From Vicugna vicugna (lineage: Eukaryota): DNA of 64,000 nt. The stretch spans positions 9,905,627-9,969,626 of the forward strand of contig MU058423.1 of the NCBI GenBank assembly GCA_013265495.1, written 5' to 3'. How positions within the stretch are numbered: position 1 is the first letter of the stretch; every line of letters begins with the position of its first letter. The notes beneath the pieces are model-generated. The model saw only the letters and a list, made by a program, of their open reading frames with translations. It made no database searches and had not been told where the DNA came from. A program made the translations under genes and the position numbers. Shown piece by piece: positions 25,961 through 38,444 of this stretch.

Positions 25961-27366
25961 ACAGTTCACTGCAGGTGCTCCCGAAGCACTAGTGGAAAGC
26001 CCTGGAGTTTTCCTGTCTTCTTCCCCCTCGGTGGCAGGTCATTCGTGTCATCCTGCTCTCACTGCCCACGTGGCCCCATCTTTTATGAAAGGCTCACAAG
26101 GTCCCATGTGCAGGAGTGACTGCTCACAGGCTGCCAAGACAAGAGTCAAATGAACACAGCCCACTGGTGTCTGTCCGCCCCTCCGTTTGTGACATTTTTC
26201 CCAGTTCTGCAGAGGGACATGAGCAGGCTGTCATTCTGGGGCACAGGAATTGGGGAAGCATGCCAGGTTACTCACAGCTGACTCCATGAGACTGACTGGT
26301 CAGGGACTGGGTTTGGAGAAGAAGGATTGGGGTGGGTAAGAAGGAAAGCTCTGGGCTATCTTCAAGAGTGTGTCTTCACTGGCTGGTGAGACCTGGCTTC
26401 CGCTGGAAGGCCATTCCTCTAAATCTTCCCTGCTCAGGAGTAATTCAGTGCAGAGATGGATATGGTCCCTGTGCTCTGGATTTCAATTGAGCAAATTTGT
26501 GTCTACTAGATAATGTGTCAAAAAGCATTTATCGGGCACGCACGCGTAACGTGGCTGCTCTTTTCTGCTTGTCTACCGGTGCTGTGACCACTGCGAGTAG
26601 TCGACTGAGTTTCTGCTGCCAGCCTTCAGTGAAGTGTTATTGGTAGCGGGTGGGGGGAGGTACAGAAGATCTGCAGAGTACCCATTGGGTTCCACTGTTT
26701 TCACTACCACAGACCCCTTTTACAGCTCACCTCTTCCCGTTCCGCCCAGTCCTCCATGCACTCCATGTCTTTATATTCTGTTGAACAGACTAACACTTTC
26801 GCATCCCAACTTGGGCCCAGACATTAAACAATGGTCCATAATAATAAAAATATAATATGCTGTTTTGAAACTGCACAATGCAATTATTAAAATGGCACAC
26901 ATACAATTATCAAATAATAAGCAGTAAATGATTAAGTGGATACCCTGCATCTTGACTTGAATTCTACCTGGCGTCCATAAGTGACACCTACATTTGAGGA
27001 TGCTGTGATTGGCCCGTGGCTTTATAGTGGTATCTGGGTCTCTAGTCACATCACAGCAATTCCCGTGTCTCCCGCGGCGTATCGGAACCACTCAGCACCG
27101 TGTGGTCACCATTGTCGCCAGCTGACTTACTGTAGCTCCAGCCCAAAGCAAAGAGTACTGACTTTTTAGCTACTGCACACTTGCCTATGATGGACAGATA
27201 CAATATCCCACTAGGCTCCTTGAAACATTGAAGAGTATGTCATAGAATTCCATTAAGGTGTCAGGAGGTTAGGTGTGAGCAGGCTCCAGCCTGGGGATGG
27301 CTGGCAGCACCTACACATTCTAATTGGGAAAACAGGACTGACTGTCACAGGGCAGTGTGAGGTAGT

Positions 27367-27662
27367 CAGGGCTGCGCTGTGACTTCGTGGGGCCGAGGTA
27401 CTTCTGTGTGCCTTCATGGCCCCCTTCTGCCTTTAAATATAAATATAAACGCAAATGTAAGTATAAATATATAAATATGTATGTATTACAACCTCATTGT
27501 TGTAAGAACACATGTATAAATAATATATATCAAACATTGTCTTCAACTTAAATGCTCACTTTTTCCTTGTGATTTTAAAAGAGATTAAGATGATTTCATG
27601 GGTCCCTAGAAGTACCATCAGCCCTTGAAGTATTGCAGTGCCTACTGGATAAGTTTGTCCTG
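27367..27662 (-). mobile_element. ORSL-like hAT-Tip100 MITE
   Basis: Ends are cagggctgcgctgtgacttcgtggggcc and cagtgcctactggataagtttgtcctg, with an AT-rich centre. Confidence 0.7.
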
Positions 27663-30600
27663 GGGATGGTACATAATAAAGTTCTAAGTGAAATATAATC
27701 GTTAGCGTATCTGGTAACAACCATGGGAGCCACTCCGCGCCCAGGAGGGAAGAGGCCACTACTGGTAAGCACCAGGGGGCAGCGCTTCAGAAGTAAGTGG
27801 TTCTTGGGATAGGGTTGGAGATGGATATGATTTGAACAGGGGAAAAAGAGGCAATTCCAGGTCAGGGGACAGAGAGAGCAAAGGCAAGGAGCAAGAAGCA
27901 GCAGATGCAGTTAGGGGCCAGTGACAGGGGCACCTCAGATGGGGAGCAGAAGGGGTGGCTGGTGTGGGCAGGGGGAGGAACTGTGGGATTTAAGGATTAG
28001 CAAGAATAAATCAATCAGAAAGACCTTGTAAGCCAATCTGAGGCTTCATGCTTGAGTTAATAAGCAAGACAGAGTTGAAAAATGACGTGACAGAAGCAGT
28101 TCTTTAGAAGGGTTTTATTTATTTCAATCCCGTGAATATATATTGAATACCTAGAATGCGTCAAGCCGGTACATTCTGATACAGTCCTTCTGAAGTTTAA
28201 AATGATCTGATGGAGAGTAAAGAGGGATTTAAAAAGAAAAAAAAACTAAAAGTAAAGGATATTTGAAAGAGATTGTCAGTCTCAGATGTGAAATGATAAG
28301 GATTTGAATTCAGTTGGTTTCCTTAAGATTGAAAGCCGTGGTGCCGATGAGACCAGAGTCTGATGATACGAGATGTACAGATTTGAACAGCTGGGGTCTC
28401 TGAGCATCTTCTCTTCGAGCACAGGAGTTGGAAAGTCAGACCAGACCCAGAGCCAGCAGTCTGGTGTGCAGCTCGGGGTTCACACACCATCACCAGCTTT
28501 CTTAGATGCTTTGGCTACATGGAGCCAAATCCCTGGGCCCAATTTTAGTATTTTTTACTGCTTCCATGTTTCCAATCCCTGTTCCCAGCTTCCATTTATC
28601 GAAAGGTAACAGTCTAGCAACATACTAAGCCCTCTGTACGCCGTAATCTTCACAACGGCTGCGATGAAGGTTTGGCTATCTTCATTTCACAAATAACAAC
28701 ACTGAGGCCACAAGAGGCTCATGAAGTTGCCCAGAGTTACTCAGCTAGTATTAGAGTCAGGAATGACAGTGTGACTCCAAAGCCAGCGTTTGGTCTCTTA
28801 CATCACACTGCCTCCTGAGATGTGCCCCTGTGAAGAGAAGGCAGCTCCGTTCTGAGTTATCTTCAGAGCCCAGTGCCTTACCCATAGTAGCTGAAGAAAA
28901 CTAGTTAGGTGATTTTAATTGAAATGTTGTATGATATGAATTAGAAAGGATGTGGGGGAAAAAATGAGCATTCCATAAGTTCCTGTTTCATGTCCTGTTT
29001 TTCAGGCAGCCAAGTAGCTCAAACACTAAAAGAAATATAAATGGTCATGACTGTCAAGTTTTTAATTGTACTTTGATTTTAAGTGGATGCATATTTTATT
29101 CTTATGACCCTTGACTTTGAATATCTTATGTTCTGCACGTTGTTTGCAATGTTAAAGAACTTTAATTGCTTTTAAAATGACAACTTCGAAGTTATCTTTA
29201 ACTTCTTTACAATGTACAATAATTGGCTATGTAATAACCTCACCAGCCTCGGCCGTGCTAAACTGCTGACTGGACCTCTGTGGTAAGCAGTGTCGCTTTG
29301 ATGGGGTCCAGCAGAACCCGGATTATAACGGGCATCTCTGAACATGTGGTCATTTGATACCCCAGGGTCAAACAGTCCATCTCTGCCAGGCCCACTGACA
29401 TACGCAAGTCTCCTTTTTAAAAGACACCTCGTTCCCGGCTGCAGATGTCGTGGCCTTGCAGGAGCCAGCACCGTGATTCTCACACTTACTGCCATAAGCC
29501 CCAGGCTGTGTGCTTCCCACCGCCGGCGCTCGAGCACCGTAGGGTCCGCTGGATCGTGTGGCCCAGGTGACAGACTGTACTGGTGGCAGAGCCCTTCCTG
29601 GTGCCACCCCAGCTTTTCTTGTCACCTGGTACCTGGGCCAGAATGGTATTCATAAGCGTAGGATGTGTTTCTTTAAGAACGCAAAGCGATCTAAAGGTGC
29701 CGTGCTTCCCTTCTTTGCGGTGGGAACACAAGGTGCAGTCGTTTGTACGTGACTCTGGAGGGCATGTCTAGCACGGCCCTGACCGGTGGGTCCCTGAGAG
29801 CTTTACTGATGTCCCAGGTCCCTGAATCTTATACAGTTTACTCCCAAGGTCTGGAATGCATGTGTCTTCCCCAGGCCCCAGTGAGCTAACCACCTCTTGT
29901 TTATCTTGCCTGAGCAGAATGATACCTTTGATGTGAAAGATCCATATGGCAGCCTGTGAGATGTCCAAAATGTCCACCTCACTGCAGACTGTGATACGGC
30001 AAAGAGCAGGAGAGTGCACGTAGCCCTGACATAAACGGGCGTGAGGAGCTGCCTGTTCCACGTGCATGTGAGCTGTTTCTCATCCTTTTTCTTGAATGAG
30101 AGAGAAAAGAACACATTTGACAAATCAATGGCCGCTACTCCTTGGTTGGTGATTCAGTAGTCTGTGGTCTTTCTCCAGGATCTGTCTAGACTGGTGAACT
30201 AAATGGAGATAGGGAAGAACTACCACCCCCGTGTTCGTGAGATCTTAAGTGGTGGCATCAAATCTTCAACATCCCCCCTTCCCTAACGCAGTATTATGTT
30301 TGGTGTACTATTTTGCAGGAGTGGGAGAATACAGTTTCATATGCTTCCGGTTGAGTTCACCCCGGGCTCCACCCTCCCAGGGGAACATGACCGCTGGGTG
30401 TGCTCTCAGACTGAGGAAGTCCACTGTGAGCCGGACTTTGGCTTGGACTCACTTGTTATCTAGTCCCCGTGTGACCCTGCTCTGACACGAGGCCGTGGTG
30501 ATGTTAATTCAGGTGTCCGGGAACCAGTGTCCACTGGGACTATGTCCAATAGTCCTCAAAATATCTAGGTGCTCTCTTTTCCCCAGCGTATAGCCGCTGA

Positions 30601-32689
30601 CCAAATGATCACGGGTCCTTTTGAAGAAGGACTGGGAAAATCATTACAACACATACTTTCTGTTGTGCTACAGGGTCCTTCCCTTGGGGACCAGCTGCCT
30701 CTTCAGTCAGTGAGTTTCATCCAGGTTAGAGAACTGCAGAAAGAATTAAAATATTCTATTGGGGCATCTACTCTCAGCTCTGCAGCCTTGCTTTCTTGTG
30801 ATTGTGTATTAATTGTGAGCCTCTGGTTCCCCATCTGTTTTGCCCCTAGAAAATGCTGCCATTTATAAATCATCTTCAGAACTGCCGGCTGGGCAAGTCC
30901 CCTTGGCTGTCCCTCGGGCCTTCAGCATCACCATGACAATTATGATACTCCCTCCCACCCCATCCCTGCTTCTGATGGTTCAACACTGATACCTGGCTTC
31001 TGTTTCTTCGGGTCCCTCATAATCCACATGGACATCAAGGAGCCCAGCTCTGTGGGAGCCTCTCCTCCCATCACCCCCACCTGCACTGGGGAGGCACCAC
31101 TGAACTTGCGCGTCACGCCGTGCCCCTCTCACCAGCACGTGCCTAGCGCCTCACCAGCGGTGCGTCCACTAGGTCCTCCCACAGTACCTAATCCTCTTGG
31201 GGGCCTTGGAGACTCCTCTCCTGCGTCCATCCCAGGAATGCCCACTTCTGTGAGGCTTTTCATTCCTTCCCCCATCTGCCAAGGCAATGCAGGCATGTCA
31301 GCTTCATTAAGAGAAGGCAGTCGTTTTCTCTAGGCTTGTAGGAGCCAGCCCAGCAAGGTGTTTGTACGGTCCCCCGGGGCCTGGCGAAAGTGTTAAATCC
31401 CACATCCCCAGGGAGAGTGTCCTCATGTCAACAAATGCTCCCTTATCCTGCCTCTGTTTCACCGTCCTTGATAAAACCCCCTTCTGAATCCAGCCGCAGA
31501 GGTCTGCCCTGGCTCCGGCAGGCGTGTGCCGGCTAATTCTTGCAGCAGTTTGGGGGAGGAGTCTGTCCGCTTCTCAGTAGGTTTTCACATCCCGGGCACC
31601 AGTCACCGCTGGTGGCTTTGAGCAATTGCATTGCTGCCTGACGGACTGTCTGTGTATAGGCTGGGATCCTTATTTCCAGGCAAGATATGTTGCCAAACCT
31701 GTCTGACCACCTGCTTTCTTAGACTAGCCCTGGTACCAATTACGCTTCTCCAAAAAGTGGACAAGATTTATCGGAGGATTGGAAGGGGGCAATATTTGCA
31801 AAAGTTAGAGGAAAGAAGCAAGATTGGATGGGGGAGTCTCAGCCAGTCTTGAGCAGGGGTAGAAGAGCCCCATGTTGGGCATAAACGGCCAAGCCGTAGT
31901 ACCCGTGCCATGCTCAGTCACTGGTCAGGGGCTGGCCAGCAAGCTTGTGGCCTCTGCTCAGACACTGTGGCATCTAGATGCACGGCAAGTGGAGACTCTC
32001 AGCTCACTGCTCTCCTACGAGGAGAACAGCTTGCTCTTTCCTGAAGGGAGGGCAGAGCACATGCCTCTGTGGCTGCCCCGCGGCTCTCATCTGTCAGGTA
32101 ACGCACAGCAAGGGGTTAACAGTGCGGTATGTCATCTTCTGTGAGCCTCCCTGTGTCAAATATATTTGCCCTTGAAGTGCCTTAATATACAGGAAAAAAT
32201 TTTCTGTAAATTTCTGAAAACACTGTAATTTCAATCATCAGACTCCTAAATTGAAGATATAGTTCAAGTCAAAAAAAGAGATTTCTTGGCGCCTCTTCCA
32301 CTGCAGTAGAAAAGAGATGACCTTCTGTGAACACAGTCTGCTTTGAGCCTTTTGTTTGTCTGTGCCATTTAAAGAAACTCTTGGAAGGAGAACATAGGAC
32401 TTCAGATAACAAATAGAAATCACTCTATAATAATATAGAAATTTCGAGTATAAAAATAACTTATTATTGAGAGCTTACTGGGCTAAGCACCTTGCACGCA
32501 GTAGATTTAGTGCTTTCTTTCCTTTGTCAAACATTTTAATCAGGCATCTTGCTCTACATAGGGATGTGTGCTTTTAGCTTTTACACAATGTAGGGAAATA
32601 TGATTTCCTTAGACATGCTGAAATTTCCATTATCAAAAAATAAAACCAGCGTTCGCACAGAAACTATCCATTAATTTGAGCTACCATCC

Positions 32690-33410
32690 CATTTCTAAAA
32701 GAAACTTCTGGGAAGATTAGTTCATACTGCTTCACCTTTGTAACTATTCAGAATGTGGGTTTTGCCCCTCCCCATCCTGCCCACACTCTACCTAAACTAC
32801 TCAGAATTCATCCGCCAGAGAGCTTATCAAAAGCCTCTTCAGAGCCTCGGCTTGCTGGCCGTCTCAGTGACATGGAGCTCCTGATCACCGCCTCCTGTTT
32901 GAGCTTCTCTGTTTTCAAATTTTGAGAACATTGTATTTTCCAAATTTACCTCTTCGCTCATGAAGTGCTTTTCTGCAATGTCAGAAAAATCATCTATGAG
33001 CATTTACCAGGTTTCTGTTCCTGACCTCCTTTCCTTCCGTTATCCCTCCCAAGGGTGATCTCATTCACTGCCACTCCCACGTCTTTTCAACCCCCCAAAC
33101 TCCTTCACTGGCCTCAGCCTCTCTCCTGAACTCCAGAGTTTATTCCTAACTTGAACATAAATATGTTGTGTTTCACCAGCTCCTTAAACTCAGCATCTCA
33201 GAAATGAAAACCATGACCTCACTCCACCGTAGCTCTGGCTTCTGTGTCTTCTGATTTGCTTGTCGGCATTCCCACCCTCCCAGCTACCCAAGTGAAAGGT
33301 CTGAGTCATCCTCAGCTCCTCCCACATCCACGCCCCCACATCCAGATGTCTGATTAATTTTGTTGGTTCACTGTTTGAAATATCTCTCAAATCCAGACTC
33401 TGCTTCTCCA
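32690..33410 (+). mobile_element. L2 LINE remnant
   Basis: ggtgatctcattcactgccac...cctctctcctgaactccagag...ccttaaactcagcatctc. Confidence 0.7.
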
Positions 33411-33687
33411 CCCCACCCCACCCCACTTCTGCTAGAACATGGCTCCTTTAAATCATTCACCTTCACTACTGTAGGAGCCTCCCAAAGAAGAATCCTAGGA
33501 AAATTCTTGACTCGCTGCGTCTGTTTCACCCTGTGCCACCGGAGTAACCCTCCTAAAGCCTGCGCTTCAGCAAGTCTGTCTTTGCACGGAGGCTCTTTGC
33601 AGCCTCCCCTCACGGACCTGCAGGGGTCACACTCCTGCCTGTGGCACCTGAGACCCTCTTGTTCTGGCTAAAACGTCTTCCTTTCTG

Positions 33688-34038
33688 CTGTGGACTGAAT
33701 TGTGTCCCCTGCAAAATTCATATATTGAAGCCCTGACCTCCAATTGACGGTGCTCAGAAGTGGGGCGTTTGGGAGGTAGTTCAGTCTAGAAGAGGTCCTC
33801 ACGAGGGGATTAGAGCTCTTAGAAGAAAAGAGACCAGAGAGCTTGCTCTCTCCCTCACGGCCATGTGAGGACCAGCAAGAAGGCAGCGACCTGCAAACCA
33901 GGAAGGGAGCTCCCGCCAGAACCCCTCCATGCCGGCCCCTGGCCTCAGACCGCCGGCCTCCCCAGCTGGGAGAAGATCAGTGTCTGCTGGTCAAGGCATC
34001 CCGTCTGTGGGCTTTGGTGATGGCAGCTTGACTGAGAC
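33688..34038 (+). mobile_element. MLT1A-like solo LTR (ERVL-MaLR)
   Basis: tgtggactgaattgtgtcccctgcaaaattcatatattgaagccctgacctccaa...ccatgtgaggaccagcaagaaggcagc...atggcagcttgactgagaca. Confidence 0.85.
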
Positions 34039-34894
34039 ACACGCAGCGCCTTGGCTCACAGCGCCTTATGAGCTCAGTTCCCAGGTCATGTGAACGCAGT
34101 TCACTCAGGGTCATTACCAGTTACCACAGTGTTCTTTTTTCTATTTTTATACTTTTACTTTTGCTGTTCTCTCAGCCTGCAGTATCTGCGGTACCTCCTA
34201 CCTCCATACTCATCTAATCAAAATTCTGTTCACCTTTTCACGTGTCGGTCAGAATTGTCTACTGCCAATCACGGGAAGTGACGCTGGCCAAATATAGTGA
34301 ATTAGACCAAATGAGGTGGAAGGTCAAGCTGAAGAACCAGGCCCAGGGATGAGCAGGAGCCGACGGAAGCCCAGAACCCCAGCCAGAATCCGGCCCCAGG
34401 GAGGGTGTGGAGAGGATGCGCTGCTGTGACCGCAGGACCCTGGGTACCACACGGCCACCGTCTTGTGCTGCCTCCACCAGCACAGTTGCCATGGCAGCAG
34501 CTGGTGGAATGGCTGTCCCACTGGATCTACTTCTCTGCATCACTTGCAGGCACGTCTGAGTGACCGAGTGTAGGTCGTGCGCCAGCAGCCTGCTCGCCGG
34601 GACTTTGAAGAAAGCAGTACCAACTCTTGTTGGCTTTAGTGGTGGGACAGCGTATTGCTTCCCCTGTGGGAGGCATACTGTGAGGAGGGGGGTTCAAATG
34701 TGCTGTAGTGGAAAAAAATGCTCTCTATAACACAGACCAAGGCTGACCTCCTCTTTGAAGTTTAATCTCATCCTTTCATTGAAGTCATCTACCCACTTAC
34801 AGTGGCCCACCTAGATATTTGTTACCAAAGCAAATCATTTTTTAGCATCCCTTCTTCTTTATGGAAAAAGTACTTTCAAAAATAGTTATATGAT

Positions 34895-34945
34895 TTGACA
34901 CAACATTGTAAAATGACTATAACTCATTAAAAAATGTGAAAAAAA
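34895..34945 (+). mobile_element. Extremely truncated (~50 bp) L1 tail
   Basis: ttgacacaacattgtaaaatgactataactcattaaaaaatgtgaaaaaaa is nearly identical to the end of the L1 at ~50195-50245. Flanked by TAGTTATATGAT at 34883-34894 and 34947-34958. Confidence 0.85.
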
Positions 34946-35519
34946 GTAGTTATATGATAAAAGTAGTAATTATTTTATCAATTCATTTTGCAGTTTTACA
35001 ACAAACAAATGAGTGTTTTTAAAGGCTTAAGATTTCAGGAAAATATTTCATGTATGAACTAAAATTAACACTTACCCTTACAAAAATACTATACTTTGCC
35101 TTTACAGCATTACATTATTTCATTAAGTTAAACATAAAAACTCCAAGTAGTCACATATGTTGGCAGAATCAAAAGAATTCAAGTTGTCTTTCATCGTCTT
35201 TACGATTCCTACGGTATCCTGTTTTTTTCCCTCTCAAGTCAACTGTCTAAATGTAACACGACAGGGGCTGGAGGCACTCTGTGGCCAGAGTGTTCTGACT
35301 GGCTCCCAGCCTCTTACAAACTTACTCTCCAGATGAGTATGTGTAGCTGAGTCCACGTGCCAGAAGTCAAAAGTACAGCTGGGAGTTCTTAAAATTAACT
35401 TCTGTGTACAGTACAACATTTATTAGAGATTATGTAACAAAATCTGAAAAATGGGTTGACTTGAAGAGCATGTATGTTAACACTCAGCAGTAACAGCAGC
35501 GATTACGTCAGCTTAGCCC

Positions 35520-36070
35520 AGTGCTCCCCTCACTGTGGCTCCTCCACAGCCCATCCCAAACTTGGTGGCATAAAACGGCTTACTGTGCTCACAGATGCTG
35601 TAAGTCACATATTTGAGAAAGGCACAGCATGTCCCTGCTGCGTATTTCTGGCCTCAGTCTTCTCAGAAGACTCAAAGGCTGACTCCAAGGACACCTTGAT
35701 CTCTGGCACATGGAGTCACCTGAGGGATTGCTCGTTCCGATGCTGCGTCAGGGCTGGGGGACTTGAAGAGGAGGGCTGCCCATACGTGGCTTCTCCGTGT
35801 GCCTCGGCTTCCTCACAGCACGGCAGCCTCAGGTGGGCAGCTTTCCCATGAGATTCTAAGCATGCATATTCCAGTGAACAAAGCAGAAGTTCATTGGCTT
35901 TTTTGAGTTTGTGGTGTCACATCTGCTGCGTTTTGTTGGTTACAAACAAATCACAAGACTGACCAGATTCAAAGGGAGGAGAATTTGACTTCACCTCTTA
36001 GTGGGGGAGCCACAGGGGAGCAAGGGGTTAGGGGACTGTTGCAGCCATCTTTGAAGAATGCAATCTACCC
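35520..36070 (-). mobile_element. MLT1 (F/G/H-like) LTR
   Basis: ccatcccaaacttggtggcataaaac...cttcctcacagcacggcagcctcagg...ccagattcaaagggaggagaatttgacttcacctct...gcagccatctttga. Confidence 0.7.
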
Positions 36071-36135
36071 AGCCAACAAAAGCTCCCGGGGGACAGGAGC
36101 GTGTTACCAGTGACACTGTTTAGAATTGCTTGGCA

Positions 36136-36205
36136 GGGGGAGGGTGTAGCTCAGTGGTAGAATACATGCTTAGCATGCACAAGATCCTGGGTTCAATCTC
36201 CACCC
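36136..36205 (+). mobile_element. tRNA-Ala-derived SINE head (Vic-1 type), truncated at the 3' end
   Basis: GGGGAGGGTGTAGCTCAGTGGTAGAATACATGCTTAGCATGCACAAGATCCTGGGTTCAATCTCC contains Pol III A and B boxes and a tRNA-Ala(AGC)-like anticodon arm. Confidence 0.8.
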
Positions 36206-36264
36206 TAAGACATAAACTCTTCTGGTTGTTTAGTTCAACTTAAAAAAGGTAAAGATTAGCCCAG

Positions 36265-36267
<3 letters not shown>

Positions 36268-36345
<78 letters not shown>
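36268..36345. repeat. (TTA)n microsatellite, about 25 units with one interruption
   Basis: Read directly from the sequence. Confidence 0.95.
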
Positions 36346-37159
36346 TCTATATTTCTGCCTCCAGTAGATTATAAATTCACTGAGGTGAGAAACCATTTCT
36401 TTATAGCCAACACAATGCTAGCAGTAGCATGAATATAATACAGACTAGAAAAGCATGTTGATCAGTTCAGAAAACTACAACCTATCTTTAATGCTCATTA
36501 TTTGTAAGAAGGTTTAAATAGGTGCTTTGCCTTTGCCCCCTAATAAATCATAATCTCAAAGTACAATGATGGAGAAATGATACTCAGAGGTCGGACCTGT
36601 ACAAAGCACTGGATCCATTCTTCTGAATAAATGGGTCTAGTTCCTTAAATAAGTTAAACATTTGCATTTTTATGGCAATCTTATTAGAGCCAAGGGAGGT
36701 AATGGGGATACACCCTGGCATTTATGTAAGTCCCGTCCCACGGGGCCTCTTGGCCGCTGTACCTCAACTGGGAAAACCTGTCATCAGCCCCATAGCCAGG
36801 GATGATGCCTGTACGGGATCCATGTCCATCTTGAGGGTGGGGAGGTCCTTTTGTGCACCCTTGAATCATCCTACGTGCTTGTGATTGCCTGCAGACGTGG
36901 AGGCAGCCAAGTTGGATTCACAGGGAGGCTGGTTGGTTGGGTTCCCTTCCCTGGCTGAGTCTGTGGCTACTCATGGCCATGTCTTCAGCATCCTGTCCAG
37001 CTCCGCCTTGGACCTTCCTGCGGTCAACTTCAGAATACTCCTTATCCACTCAAAAAAGCCCCAAAACTTCAGGTCCTTTTGACTCTTACTTTCCCTAAAA
37101 AAGGGGGCCACTGTATTTATGTGAAGAGCCGAACAATAGGCGATCTGCTTTTCATGTGT

Positions 37160-37345
37160 GTGCCAGCCCCGTGCTAAGTGCTTTGCATGGATCATCTCGT
37201 TCCAGCCTCACACTTGTAAACTATCGGTGCTAGTCTAATTCCCAAATGAAAGACGAGAAAACTGAGGCTCAGAGAAACTGAACAACTTGCCCCGAGTCCC
37301 ACAGCGGGTGTATGCTGGAGCCAGAGTCTGAATCCAGAATGCTTC
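37160..37345 (-). mobile_element. MIR SINE
   Basis: gagaaaactgaggctcagagaaactgaacaacttgcccgagtcccacagc...ggagccagagtctgaatccag. Confidence 0.75.
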
Positions 37346-38106
37346 CCGGTGTGCTTTCCGAGCCCCTCCCTTGCTCTGCCTCCCCCTTGCAGCCCAGAAA
37401 TTAAGGTGCACACCCTGTAGTGCTGACAGTGCAGAATTCCAGGCCCCTCCGCTGGGGCCCTTTGTTCTGGGTGGCAAACGTCTCTGTAGTTTCCCCGGAG
37501 TGGAGCTTTGGCTCACATGACAGTGGCAGGATGTGGTATTCTAGCACGGCTGGCATCTCAGGGCGAGCCAGAAATCATTGTGCACTTGGCAGATAAAGAA
37601 CGCTGAAGATTAGCCGCTGCGCATAAATCAGGCGTAGTGCTTTTATTTAAGTGTTCTTAATGGCCCCGGTGTGCTCGTATATTCATTGCCATTAAGTTTA
37701 ACTAACTTACGATGACACCCACTGATTCAGCTGGGGCCATTTTGAACAGAGAATCTCAGGGTCTTTTTAACTCATTCTGTAATTGATTCTCCTTATTCCG
37801 TAAAGTTTTCTTACTGGATATTTTTATTTCATGAAGGTCTATGGTGTTAAGATTATAGCTTTGGGGTTATTTACAAATAGAATTAAAATATGGAAAATTA
37901 AATGGTAAAGGGGAACGGTCAGCGAAGCTATTACTGCAGCATGATGAAATTTACTCCCACCTCCAAACATGGTTTAGGCCCTCATCATCGCTTGCCTGGA
38001 TTACCAGTAACATTTTTTTTTAACAGCCCCTCCTCCTGCCCATTGTAACCCACTTATTCTTCATGTGATTTTCCTGGTGACTGTCTAAAATGGGACTCCC
38101 AACATG

Positions 38107-38444
38107 CAGGTCCAGCTTCACTGGGTGTATAAGCTGTGATGTCACCCAGGGCCTGTGCTCAGGAGGGCCCCACGTGTCGTTACTCTTTTTTACTTATTTT
38201 TTATTCTTTTTGGTGGGGGGGGCGGTTAATTAGGTTTTTATTTATTTTAGTGGAGGTACTGGGGATTGAACCCAGGACCTTGTGCGTGCTGGGCATGTGC
38301 TGTACCACTGAGCTACACCCTTCCGCCCCCACGCGTGATGTTGATGCTCCTCCCTCAGCATCTTGACGTTCCTGATGACTTCTCAACAAGGGGCCTCTCA
38401 TTTTCATTTTGCACTGGACCCTGCAAGTTCAGTAACCAGTCCTG
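38107..38444 (+). mobile_element. MER91A-like hAT MITE interrupted by the SINE above
   Basis: Ends are caggtccagcttca and aaccagtcctg. Internal agggccccac and cattttcattttgcactggaccctgcaa match the recalled MER91A consensus. Confidence 0.75.
38185..38326 (-). mobile_element. tRNA-derived camelid SINE (Vic-1 type) with A-rich tail
   Basis: The reverse complement reads GGAAGGGTGTAGCTCAGTGGTACAGCACATGCCCAGCACGCACAAGGTCCTGGGTTCAATCCCCAGTACCTCCACTAAAATAAATAAAAACCTAATTA, followed by an A-rich tail. Confidence 0.85.

Noticed and set aside
25545..26153. Longest ORF in the window (202 aa)
   Set aside because: It overlaps an MLT1-type LTR remnant and has no recognisable domain, so it is a chance ORF.
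36136..36205. Possible functional tRNA-Ala gene
   Set aside because: The acceptor stem is incomplete, and the 5' GGGGAGGG leader and substitutions match the SINE copy at 38185-38326.
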